Below are positions 56,439 through 64,000 of a stretch of 64,000 nucleotides of DNA, in pieces. The number at the start of each line of letters is the position of its first letter. The stretch's first letter is position 1. The position numbers were made by a program, and so were the translations under genes. Location of the stretch: IMG/VR virus record IMGVR_UViG_2841096034_000001; one strand, given 5' to 3'. This DNA is from a virus. Lineage: Duplodnaviria > Caudoviricetes. The notes under the pieces were generated by a model. The model was given only the letters and a program-made list of their open reading frames with translations. It was not told the DNA's origin and made no database searches.

Positions 56439-57855
56439 ATACTTTCACCCCCCGTAATAATTGTGCAGAGTCCTCATCCATCACTCCTTTAACCTTGGCA
56501 AACGCCAGAACAAGCGCATCTGCACGGTCGGGTGACTTGACTCCTCTTCGCTTCATTTCGTCTTTTGATTCCAGCTTGATTTTCCCTTTAGATGTAACGG
56601 TGTACTTCCTCGTGGTGAGCTGGCCTATCATATCCTCATCATTCGGAATCTTGATAGCATCAGCTTGCAGTAAATCTCTAATATTCGCCCAAGACTCTGT
56701 TCCCCAGTTATCGTAATGATCTTTGTCATTAGCAACTCCACCGTTATGACAGTCAACCACTTTAATATGCAGCCCCTCTTCTCGAACCACTTCTCTGAGA
56801 CGGTCGGTAACAGCTCCACCTACGCCGTCATCATCGACTTTAACTGTGCATCGAGGGCGCCCGTAAGTACGCATCATGTCCCTGGCCACTTGAATGACGT
56901 TTCCTGTGGTGACCATCGTGTCCTGTTTGTTATACCAATTGAAATAAGGAACGTGATTACCAATACGAGGAACAATAGTCGTCTCATCATCGCCAAAACG
57001 CGCAACGTCGACTCCAATCTCTACTTCTGCTTGATCTGGAACAATGAGGTCCTGGTTCTCGTCTTCCTCGTACACATCTCTTGCAGCTGCTTTCTCAGCG
57101 AGCTCCAAGTAAATGAATGTGTCCGGCTCACTTCTAGGAAACTCTCCATCAACACGGACACGAACCACATCACTATCGCGCCCGTATTTCCTCTCGAGCA
57201 TGGCGATGTTCTTTTTGCTTGTTCTCTCGCTGTCTCTGGAGGATACTCTGTGTGCTTTATAGTTGGACCGGTCTTTATGGTGGGAATCATAAAAAAAACC
57301 GCTGGTGCGGGTTGGGTTACCACACATCAACAGTTTGTTTTCGTTTCCGGACAACGTACCGAAAATTGCTTCCATGATCTTGTCATCAATACCTGACGCT
57401 TCATCAGCAATAAAAAGCATGTAATCTTCGTGGAAACCTTGCATATTTTCAGGTTTGGTAGCTGTTCGGGCAGTAGCAAACCACCGCTTCTCATATCCAG
57501 CCATATACACTTTGGTTTTCGTCCACTTCAAAAGCTTCTTCACTTTAGAGGTCTCAAGCCACTTGGCAATCTCTGCCCACAATACGTCGTTCAATTGTTG
57601 CCTGGTGGGAGCCGTACAAACTACCCTCGGATTCGGTCTGCAGGTGAGGAACCATATCGCTGCCACTGCTTCGATACCGGTTTTACCTATACCTTGGCCT
57701 GATCGGACAGTAACCATCGGATGACCCGCTAAGTCTCGAAGGATGGCTGATTGAAATTTATCAGGATAGAAACCTAGCATATCTTCAGCAAAAGCCACTG
57801 GATCATCCCAATACACTTCCAATAAATCTAAGATGACATTATACGGCTTCGTCAT
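56431..57855 (-). CDS. terL: terminase large subunit
   Basis: SGQGIGKT, IADEASG, GNPT, GVDVARFGDD, SPDRADA. Confidence 0.92.
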   Translation of the reverse strand: MTKPYNVILDLLEVYWDDPVAFAEDMLGFYPDKFQSAILRDLAGHPMVTVRSGQGIGKTGIEAVAAIWFLTCRPNPRVVCTAPTRQQLNDVLWAEIAKWLETSKVKKLLKWTKTKVYMAGYEKRWFATARTATKPENMQGFHEDYMLFIADEASGIDDKIMEAIFGTLSGNENKLLMCGNPTRTSGFFYDSHHKDRSNYKAHRVSSRDSERTSKKNIAMLERKYGRDSDVVRVRVDGEFPRSEPDTFIYLELAEKAAARDVYEEDENQDLIVPDQAEVEIGVDVARFGDDETTIVPRIGNHVPYFNWYNKQDTMVTTGNVIQVARDMMRTYGRPRCTVKVDDDGVGGAVTDRLREVVREEGLHIKVVDCHNGGVANDKDHYDNWGTESWANIRDLLQADAIKIPNDEDMIGQLTTRKYTVTSKGKIKLESKDEMKRRGVKSPDRADALVLAFAKVKGVMDEDSAQLLRGVKVYG

Positions 57856-58784
57856 CCTCCATCACCTTTCTTTTCGCGGCGTCGATCGGCCACCTCTTTA
57901 AGGGCTCCAACCCAATCCTCTGTATTCTTATCGTCGTTACTTCCTTCTATCGCTTCTGTTTCAGCCTGGGTCTTCGCGATATCAGCACGCATTTTCTCTT
58001 CCTGTAATTTACGTTTATCTGCTTCAGGCAACATGTCAAAGTACTGCCACAACTTGTCCAGAGCCTTCATTTTGTCGGCCAACTTAACAGACACGCCATC
58101 ACGTCCATGTTTGACCTCTGTAACAATCGTGCCGTCAACTAACTCACTGTCTTTAAAGAACACTTCGTTATACGAATCCACCCTTGGAACAATATCCTTC
58201 ACAGTTCCATCCTGATTGAGGAGAACATCCTTCTTACCGGTATCGACATCTTTTCTCGTAAACGTTACGAAATCCGTGATGTCTGCGAATGCGATTTCTG
58301 CATATTTGCGAAGAACGTCCATGGCATCCAGGAACAGCGCGTCCGTCATGTTGCTCTTCAGGTCCAGGATATACTCACGAACCTTAGCATTTCTTAGCAA
58401 CCTGCTCCCTTCTACATGAGCGCTATCAGGAGCATATCCCGCTTTGATAGCAGACTGTGTAGCATTGAAGGTTTTAATATAATGAACACAAAAAAGCCTT
58501 TGCTTATCAGTGAGTTCATCACTTGGCAAAGACTCTGGTTCGCTCGCTTCTTCATCAGTAGCATCCCGTATTTGATTCGTCTCTTTCTTATTAGTAACGC
58601 TCCCTTTCGATTTAGTAACGTTACCATTCAATTTCTCGTTCCATTTGTCCTGGCTTTTCCACTTCCTTATCTGCGAAGGAGAGCAATCCAGTTCTTCAGC
58701 AATGTCTTTTAATTTCCGTTCACCATTACTGGCTTTCCATAATTCGAATGCTTGGTTACGTCTTGGATCTCTTTTTCTGGCCAC
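57852..58784 (-). CDS. terS: terminase small subunit
   Basis: HTH IRKWKSQDKW; LTDKQRLFC..Y...FNATQSAIKAGY; KLADKMKAL. Confidence 0.92.
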   Translation of the reverse strand: MARKRDPRRNQAFELWKASNGERKLKDIAEELDCSPSQIRKWKSQDKWNEKLNGNVTKSKGSVTNKKETNQIRDATDEEASEPESLPSDELTDKQRLFCVHYIKTFNATQSAIKAGYAPDSAHVEGSRLLRNAKVREYILDLKSNMTDALFLDAMDVLRKYAEIAFADITDFVTFTRKDVDTGKKDVLLNQDGTVKDIVPRVDSYNEVFFKDSELVDGTIVTEVKHGRDGVSVKLADKMKALDKLWQYFDMLPEADKRKLQEEKMRADIAKTQAETEAIEGSNDDKNTEDWVGALKEVADRRREKKGDGG

Positions 58785-58823
58785 TACATCTGCACCTACC
58801 CCCAGTTACATTGGAATCCGCGC

Positions 58824-59282
58824 TTACTCTTCTTTAACCAGATACCAGTATTCTTTATTTCTGATACCTAAATGCGTAGGGTTGCCTAATTCATCGTAAT
58901 AGTCAGTAAACCCGTATCTTCTAAGAAACTGATAGGCTTTTTTTCTTCGCACTTCTTCCCATCCAATTACAAGTTCTTCGTTGCGATCCATTTTTCCGGC
59001 AAAGTCCAATATGTGGTCCATCGCCCACTTCATCGCTGTTAACGTTCCATTTCCTGTAACTATGTTTTTCGGTTTATTTTTTTGATTATGTTTGAACCAG
59101 CGATTTGCTTCTTTTCGCGAACCTATATAAAAACCGACGAACCATTGATAAGAAATCTCAGGATCAGCATCTTCTATATAGGGAGCTCTCAATCTATAAA
59201 AATATAAATTAACCTCTTGGCCATTCGGCAGCTGCTCTCTCAACCGATATTCACTCCGTCTCTTGTTATAGACACGCAGCAT
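58824..59282 (-). CDS. hypothetical protein (152 aa)
   Basis: GGGAGGGG RBS before MLRVY; the longer call would cross a terminator. Confidence 0.6.
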   Translation of the reverse strand: MLRVYNKRRSEYRLREQLPNGQEVNLYFYRLRAPYIEDADPEISYQWFVGFYIGSRKEANRWFKHNQKNKPKNIVTGNGTLTAMKWAMDHILDFAGKMDRNEELVIGWEEVRRKKAYQFLRRYGFTDYYDELGNPTHLGIRNKEYWYLVKEE

Positions 59283-59309
59283 CCTATTCCCCTCCCTGTG
59301 CTTAACCAC

Positions 59310-59438
59310 AAAAAAGAACACTCTATAAGAGTGCTCCAGAATTCGTGTTTTAAGTTCATTCACCCGGGAGGGTGATAGGCGCTTAGAATTTTTCTATGTG
59401 CTTCGCCCGAAGAGCAAAGCCGCGCCGACCTGCCTCCC
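59310..59438 (-). ncRNA. candidate structured small RNA with own extended -10 promoter and terminator
   Basis: TGGTATAAT at 59447-59439; nested GC-rich stems; terminator GAGCACTCT-tat-AGAGTGTTC-T6 at 59336-59310. Confidence 0.5.
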
Positions 59439-59495
59439 ATTATACCATATTAGGAAAAATATTCTTCACTTATAGTTGGCAAACGTAAGACGATT

Positions 59496-60257
59496 TTAGC
59501 CGTTCAATTCCCGTAATAATTCCTCTTTTTTATTTTGCAATTTGCTTATGAGGCTTATCATTTCATCCTGTAATGAAAAAATAAATTCTTGGTCCTTATC
59601 GTGGATATTAATTTTAATACTTGTGTATTCATTTAATTCCTCTCTGGAAAGTACACTCAAAGATATGCCACCGACCAAACTCTCAAAAGAAAGGTCGTAC
59701 TTTTCTACAATACGATGTTTAAACTTCTCTAATTCTCTTATAGGATTTAACATTAAACTATTTTCAATAGACCTAATTCGACTCCTAAAATTAAGAAACA
59801 ACTCATATGTGTCTGAACCTATGTAGACTATATCGCTCTGAATATTATTGAGCCTATTTTTTGTGTATTCTTCATAGGCGTCAGTTAATTCCAATGAAAT
59901 TTCATTGTTCACATTATGAAAGGTACCTTGATCACTATATGGATCTATCCTTTCATTTATTTTTGAAATTTCCGTGACACCATCATCCAGTTTAATGATA
60001 CATCTCTCAATATTATCTATCTTTTTAGGAAACTCATCTTTCTTCCTTAACTTTTCATTTTCTTTAATGGTAATTAAAACCCCGACCAATGTTATAGTTC
60101 CACCTAATACTGCTCCTATAAAGCCAATAAACCCAGCGATTATTGTGTCATTCCACCCCAGAAATAATTTGACTATCCCTAAATATATAAAGATATCGGC
60201 TATAATCAAAGACGCCAGTATCAGTATCGCAAAAAAATTATTTTTTATAATTCTCAC
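59496..60257 (-). CDS. AT-rich two-TM moron protein
   Basis: Two N-terminal TMs (IIAGFIGFIGAVLGGTITLVGV) plus helical domain. Confidence 0.7.
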   Translation of the reverse strand: MRIIKNNFFAILILASLIIADIFIYLGIVKLFLGWNDTIIAGFIGFIGAVLGGTITLVGVLITIKENEKLRKKDEFPKKIDNIERCIIKLDDGVTEISKINERIDPYSDQGTFHNVNNEISLELTDAYEEYTKNRLNNIQSDIVYIGSDTYELFLNFRSRIRSIENSLMLNPIRELEKFKHRIVEKYDLSFESLVGGISLSVLSREELNEYTSIKINIHDKDQEFIFSLQDEMISLISKLQNKKEELLRELNG

Positions 60258-60329
60258 AACCTCCCCCCTATGTAATTTAAATATTAAACAACATTAGAAC
60301 TATTGTGAATAGATAACTGTGAGAAGAGC

Positions 60330-60851
60330 TCATTCCGCTAAGCAGAATAAGCTCTCTGAAATTCGCTTTTCTATTTTCCTTTTCGATCTTTCATAGTGTT
60401 TTTGCACTGTACCCTTTTTTATATACATCATTTCAGCAATTTCCATAAATGAATACACGCCAACCTCATGCAATAAATAAACATCTTTTTCTCTAACGGT
60501 CAATAAAGCAAGAGCGTCTTCTATTCTTTCGTTGTCCCATACCGAAACTTCTTTCCCATCGAACTGATTTAATTCTTTGCGTTTGTTATTAAAGAAGCTC
60601 AAGGTGTCATTATTACTTTTTACAGTGTTTTGATACACAGAACGTCGATCTAAACCTCTCTTAGCACCAGGTTCCCTTCCCCTTACCAACCATCTTATGA
60701 TGAGTTCATGGTCGCTGATCATGCTTCCATACATTTTTAAATCATATGTTTCTTGAGCTGTCCTTTTGTCTTCAGGAATGGACTTGATTATCTCCTTCTT
60801 AGTTTTTAAATCCTTCAAAGAACTTTTATACTCATAAATTAAATCAATCAC
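60330..60851 (-). CDS. sigma70 region-4-type late transcription activator (Xpf-like)
   Basis: GREPGAKRGLDRRS; LTVREKDVYLL...SFMEIAEMMYIKKGTVQ. Confidence 0.85.
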   Translation of the reverse strand: MIDLIYEYKSSLKDLKTKKEIIKSIPEDKRTAQETYDLKMYGSMISDHELIIRWLVRGREPGAKRGLDRRSVYQNTVKSNNDTLSFFNNKRKELNQFDGKEVSVWDNERIEDALALLTVREKDVYLLHEVGVYSFMEIAEMMYIKKGTVQKHYERSKRKIEKRISESLFCLAE

Positions 60852-60868
60852 ATAACCAGCTCCCTTGT

Positions 60869-61057
60869 TTATCTTTGTTTCATAGCTCCACCCTTGCCCC
60901 TTCGATAAGTAGGGCGATTCACTCCCATTAGGTCTTCGACGTCCCGGTGACTCATACGCTCTTTCTTCTTCTTGGGTGTATTTTTCTTAGGGTGAGGGGT
61001 CTGTATGTTATTTTTGCGCTTGTACCTTTTGAGTTGATCACGTAACTGTTGACTCAT
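60869..61057 (-). CDS. small basic phage protein
   Basis: MSHRDVEDLMGVNRPTYRR..GGA motif. Confidence 0.65.
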   Translation of the reverse strand: MSQQLRDQLKRYKRKNNIQTPHPKKNTPKKKKERMSHRDVEDLMGVNRPTYRRGKGGAMKQR

Positions 61058-61074
61058 TTGACCTCTCCTTTTCA

Positions 61075-61143
61075 AATAAAAAAGAGCACCAACTACAGCT
61101 GCGTGTTTGCAACTTGTAATCAGTGCCCTGGTTGTTCCAGTAG
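61075..61143 (-). terminator. long terminator preceded by a small hairpin
   Basis: CTGG-aacaa-CCAG, then GGGCACTGATTACA...TGTAGTTGGTGCTC-TTTTT. Confidence 0.6.
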
Positions 61144-61144
61144 C

Positions 61145-61729
61145 TTATTTAATTACTGTTTCCTCATCTTCTTTGTACCAACGATCGCCGTATTTCTCCT
61201 GTCCAACTCTCATAAGATGCCAATATTTCTTCCGGTGCCTATCCGATTCCGTTTTAAGGTTTCTTATCCGCCTGTTTAAAGCATCTACTAAATGGGGTTC
61301 TTTGCTGCTAAATGCTTTATCTGTTTCTCTGGAAAGTGATCTTATCAATGAGTTTTTCAATGTTTCTCCGTCTTCTCCCAACTCTTGTTTCTTAGCCCTC
61401 TTAACCGAGCAACCACCGACATATACTCCAATGTGAGGAGGTATTTCATCTTTGACCTTATCGAATAACTCCCGAGGCATGACATAGTAGTTATAATGCC
61501 CGCAAAAGGTATTATTGGACTTACTTCTAAAATCAGAAACTGAAACTTTCACTTCATAGCAACGCCATATTCCGTTAGTATCATATGTCATGTAATCAAC
61601 TCTTTCATTTCCAAACCACCCTATGGTGACTTCAAAACAACCAAATACGCCTTGTTTTTTAGTGGCTCTATATATTTCTTTTTCAAGCTTTTCGGTGAGT
61701 TCTGTTTTAGCGATGATCATCACCCTCAT
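61145..61729 (-). CDS. MmcB-like PD-(D/E)xK nuclease-fold protein
   Basis: EVTIG...RVDY...CYEVKVSVSDFRS...YNYYVMP. Confidence 0.65.
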   Translation of the reverse strand: MRVMIIAKTELTEKLEKEIYRATKKQGVFGCFEVTIGWFGNERVDYMTYDTNGIWRCYEVKVSVSDFRSKSNNTFCGHYNYYVMPRELFDKVKDEIPPHIGVYVGGCSVKRAKKQELGEDGETLKNSLIRSLSRETDKAFSSKEPHLVDALNRRIRNLKTESDRHRKKYWHLMRVGQEKYGDRWYKEDEETVIK

Positions 61730-61911
61730 TTCTTTGTATAACTGATTTCGTATAGCTGCGGCTTACCGTTTTGCCATGTAATCGTCTGTTTACCGAATCC
61801 ATCGCCTGGAGTATCTACTTTTTCGAGGACCCCATCCTTAACTCGATAAACTGCATTTTCCAACAGGTCTATTTCAGCCGTCGATTCTAGTTTTCCCGCT
61901 GCATCTGCCAA
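61726..61911 (-). CDS. DUF3954/XtrA-like small protein
   Basis: AEIDL.ENAVYRVKDG....P.DGFGKQTITWQNGK. Confidence 0.7.
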   Translation of the reverse strand: MADAAGKLESTAEIDLLENAVYRVKDGVLEKVDTPGDGFGKQTITWQNGKPQLYEISYTKK

Positions 61912-61987
61912 TGTATAAGCCCCCTAGTAATATGCTATAATGAGATTGTCAGATTACATTAAAGCTGGGGCTTATGCTCTGGCTTTT

Positions 61988-62194
61988 TTATTTGTCCCTA
62001 ATTTCAAAGAAAATCTTTCTCGCTTCAAACCAAGAACATCCATGCTGTCTCTGGATCACCTTCATGTACTCGGCAAAGAGTCTCTGATTCGCCACGAAAG
62101 CCTGTGAGTTCACCTTCTTATTGCATTCCAGTGGTGATTTCACTGATTGGGGCACTTCTATTTCCACGGGTTCAAATAATGCCATTTGTTCCAT
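61988..62194 (-). CDS. hypothetical protein
   Basis: AGGAGG RBS, 68 aa. Confidence 0.6.
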   Translation of the reverse strand: MEQMALFEPVEIEVPQSVKSPLECNKKVNSQAFVANQRLFAEYMKVIQRQHGCSWFEARKIFFEIRDK

Positions 62195-62344
62195 GATCCA
62201 TCCTCCTAGTTAATAGTCATCGTATAGTAGCGTGTAAACATCCTTTAAAGCATGAGTCTGTTGTACGTCATCTTCAGAGTATTTCTTAATAAAATGAAAT
62301 TCATGTCGATAAAGTTGGTAAATATTATATTTGGAGTGATTAAT

Positions 62345-62752
62345 TTGTCAGAAGTACTACCTATTGGACTTTTAGCTCAAGACCTAAAAACTTGGGAATC
62401 TGTGATTGTCTCAGAAATGCCTGAAATTCCTAGAAACGAAACAAAATATAAAATCAAGGGCCATCATTTATTCGAGACTATTCATGGACATACCTTAATT
62501 TTAGATTTGTATAATCATAAAGAGGATAAGGATATCTCAATAAGCTTTCCGGACATTGAGGAAGTCAGATTAAATGACCTTTCCAACCAGCACCAACATA
62601 AATATTATTTAGAATGTAAAGTGAGATTACTAGATTACAAATTAAAAGATAAAAAAGGGGAAACTTCTATTGGTTTCAATAAAGATGAGTTTGACGACAC
62701 AACCCTTATGAAAAACTCTTATATGAAATACAGACTAATTCTAGTTAATTAA
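62345..62752 (+). CDS. antisense-oriented moron protein
   Basis: GGAGTGA RBS before TTG at 62345; AT-rich; hairpin AGAGTGCTC/GAGCACTCT after the stop. Confidence 0.6.
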   Translation: MSEVLPIGLLAQDLKTWESVIVSEMPEIPRNETKYKIKGHHLFETIHGHTLILDLYNHKEDKDISISFPDIEEVRLNDLSNQHQHKYYLECKVRLLDYKLKDKKGETSIGFNKDEFDDTTLMKNSYMKYRLILVN

Positions 62753-62828
62753 TCTATCACCCAGAGTGCTCGCTATAGAGCACTCTACCGCTTCACTATT
62801 CTTTTACTCCTTTGCATAATTTTATGTC

Positions 62829-63122
62829 TTAACCACTTGAATAAACGACGAACGGTTTACCTTCCCAGCGAGCATTAATAACTTCTGCAACGCTCTCAGT
62901 TTCCTCTGAATTTTCGTACTTGAGGATTTGCTTTTCTTTTGACACTTCTTCTACATCCTCAATCGGATAACAGGCATCTTCGCGATCATCGATTTCTTTT
63001 TGATAATAATCGACCGCATCCTCGGCATAGTAAGCAGCTACCGCATCGTACTCATTTACTTCAAACACACCAACATCTTTTAAGCCTTTAGTTTCTGCGA
63101 TTTTTAATTCTTCCATCATCAA
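62829..63122 (-). CDS. hypothetical acidic protein
   Basis: AAGGAG RBS, 97 aa. Confidence 0.6.
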   Translation of the reverse strand: MMMEELKIAETKGLKDVGVFEVNEYDAVAAYYAEDAVDYYQKEIDDREDACYPIEDVEEVSKEKQILKYENSEETESVAEVINARWEGKPFVVYSSG

Positions 63123-63137
63123 TCTCTCCTTTGTTTT

Positions 63138-63464
63138 TTATTTCAGATGGCCGTTCCTCTTTATGGTCTCAGCAATTTCATTCGAATACGGTTCGTCTAC
63201 ATTCACAACCAGATAAGAATTGAAAGGCTCTTTTCCGTCCCTTGCTCGACCGTCTTCAATCTTGCTGAGATAGTGGAACAAAGCGCTGTCCAACTTCCTC
63301 TTCTCTTCCGGTGTCAGATACTTCTCACGATCACGTTCATTGATAATGGTGTACTTGCGCTCTCTTCCTTCGAGGATCGTTCCTTTGAAAGCCTCCTCTT
63401 CCTTTTGTTTCTGAGGAAGAATAGCTTTGATTTCATTGTTAATATGCGGCCAATTGTTATTCAT
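63138..63464 (-). CDS. hypothetical phage protein
   Basis: RKYTIINERD...YLVVNVDEPY; AAGGAG RBS. Confidence 0.65.
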   Translation of the reverse strand: MNNNWPHINNEIKAILPQKQKEEEAFKGTILEGRERKYTIINERDREKYLTPEEKRKLDSALFHYLSKIEDGRARDGKEPFNSYLVVNVDEPYSNEIAETIKRNGHLK

Positions 63465-63563
63465 TTGTTATCAACTCCTTATACCTAACCAAAATCCCAC
63501 TATATTTTTTGGAATAAAAATGATAAAATTCACTCATTACTTTAGATGGAGGTAGATTTTTAG

Positions 63564-63692
63564 TTGAATACATTTACAAACTTCATAAGAAATGAAATTG
63601 TTGCACCAATTCTAGGTGTACTGGGTGGCATATTTTTCATTTACCTTGTCGCCTATTATGCAGAGCCATTAGCAAAGGTTCTTTTTAAATAG
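63564..63692 (+). CDS. 42-aa single-TM peptide (type I toxin-like; not in ORF track)
   Basis: GGAGGT RBS, TTG start, MNTFTNFIRNEIVAPILGVLGGIFFIYLVAYYAEPLAKVLFK, terminator at 63687-63722. Confidence 0.55.
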   Translation: MNTFTNFIRNEIVAPILGVLGGIFFIYLVAYYAEPLAKVLFK

Positions 63693-63746
63693 ATCATTCA
63701 ATTTGAGTGATCTATTTTTTATTAACTTGCAGCTGAGCACCCTTTT

Positions 63747-63875
63747 TCATATCTTCCTCACCTTCCAACCGAGTTTCTGCATCATTTGCACTTCTTTCGC
63801 TGATAATGGCTCATATACATAAACCCGATGACCTTCAGTTATTTTGAAAAGGTAATACCATTTTGGTTCCTTCAT
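63747..63875 (-). CDS. small hypothetical protein
   Basis: AAGGAG RBS before MKEPKWYY. Confidence 0.5.
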   Translation of the reverse strand: MKEPKWYYLFKITEGHRVYVYEPLSAKEVQMMQKLGWKVRKI

Positions 63876-64000
63876 ACGATCACTCTCCTTCAAAGAGGTC
63901 CAGTAGCAACCAACCGATAGCGACGAAACAAGCAATAAATGAGCTCAGTCACCATGTTTCAAATCCTTTAGGTTTTCTTTTCAAAGACTCGACTACAGCA

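Larger units (their letters stand above)
29994..64000 (-). mobile_element. prophage (myovirus morphology, PBSX/skin-like tail); late and part of middle region, continues beyond window
   Basis: terS-terL-portal-head-sheath-tube-TMP-baseplate-fibre-holin-endolysin in order on the minus strand. Confidence 0.95.

Noticed and set aside
55389-57724. Plus-strand ORFs (167 aa, 226 aa and others) opposite portal and terminase
   Set aside because: Antisense to well-supported structural genes, with no independent evidence
1-64000. CRISPR arrays, tRNA/rRNA genes, IS transposases, introns/inteins, rap-phr or arbitrium genes
   Set aside because: None recognised on reading: no regularly spaced repeat-spacer units, and terminase, capsid and TMP appear uninterrupted. 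Short or divergent cases could have been missed by eye

Overview
Low-GC Bacillaceae-type chromosome segment made entirely of two mobile elements sitting back to back. Both appear integrated at the 3' end of groEL: an 18-bp copy of the groEL C-terminus (minus strand ATGGGCGGCATGATGTAA = MGGMM*) lies at 29994-30011. Left (1-~30011, open at the window start) is an integrative conjugative element. It has an ICEBs1-like int/immA/immR control module, a phage-like DnaD replication gene and a pLS20-like conjugation operon (VirB2, VirD4, VirB6, VirB4, VirB1, oriT, Aux1/MOB-L relaxase/Aux2, ArdC-like). An AT-rich ~8.5-kb cargo of candidate defence genes is wedged between immR and immA. Right (~30012-64000, open at the window end) is the late half of a contractile-tailed prophage with a PBSX/skin-like xkd tail, SPP1-like portal and terminase, a lysis cassette and morons. 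Best leads: (1) a ~385-nt highly structured RNA closed by a 17-bp stem, with a 77-aa partner ORF, at the head of the conjugation operon (conAn-like antitermination candidate); (2) a prophage moron in which an A10 tract frameshifts a wHTH/Zn-ribbon protein onto a putative effector domain; (3) a two-gene PLD cassette flanked by pseudo-palindromic inverted sites; (4) a stand-alone structured sRNA upstream of the terminase genes. All family calls come from motif recognition by eye, not database searches.
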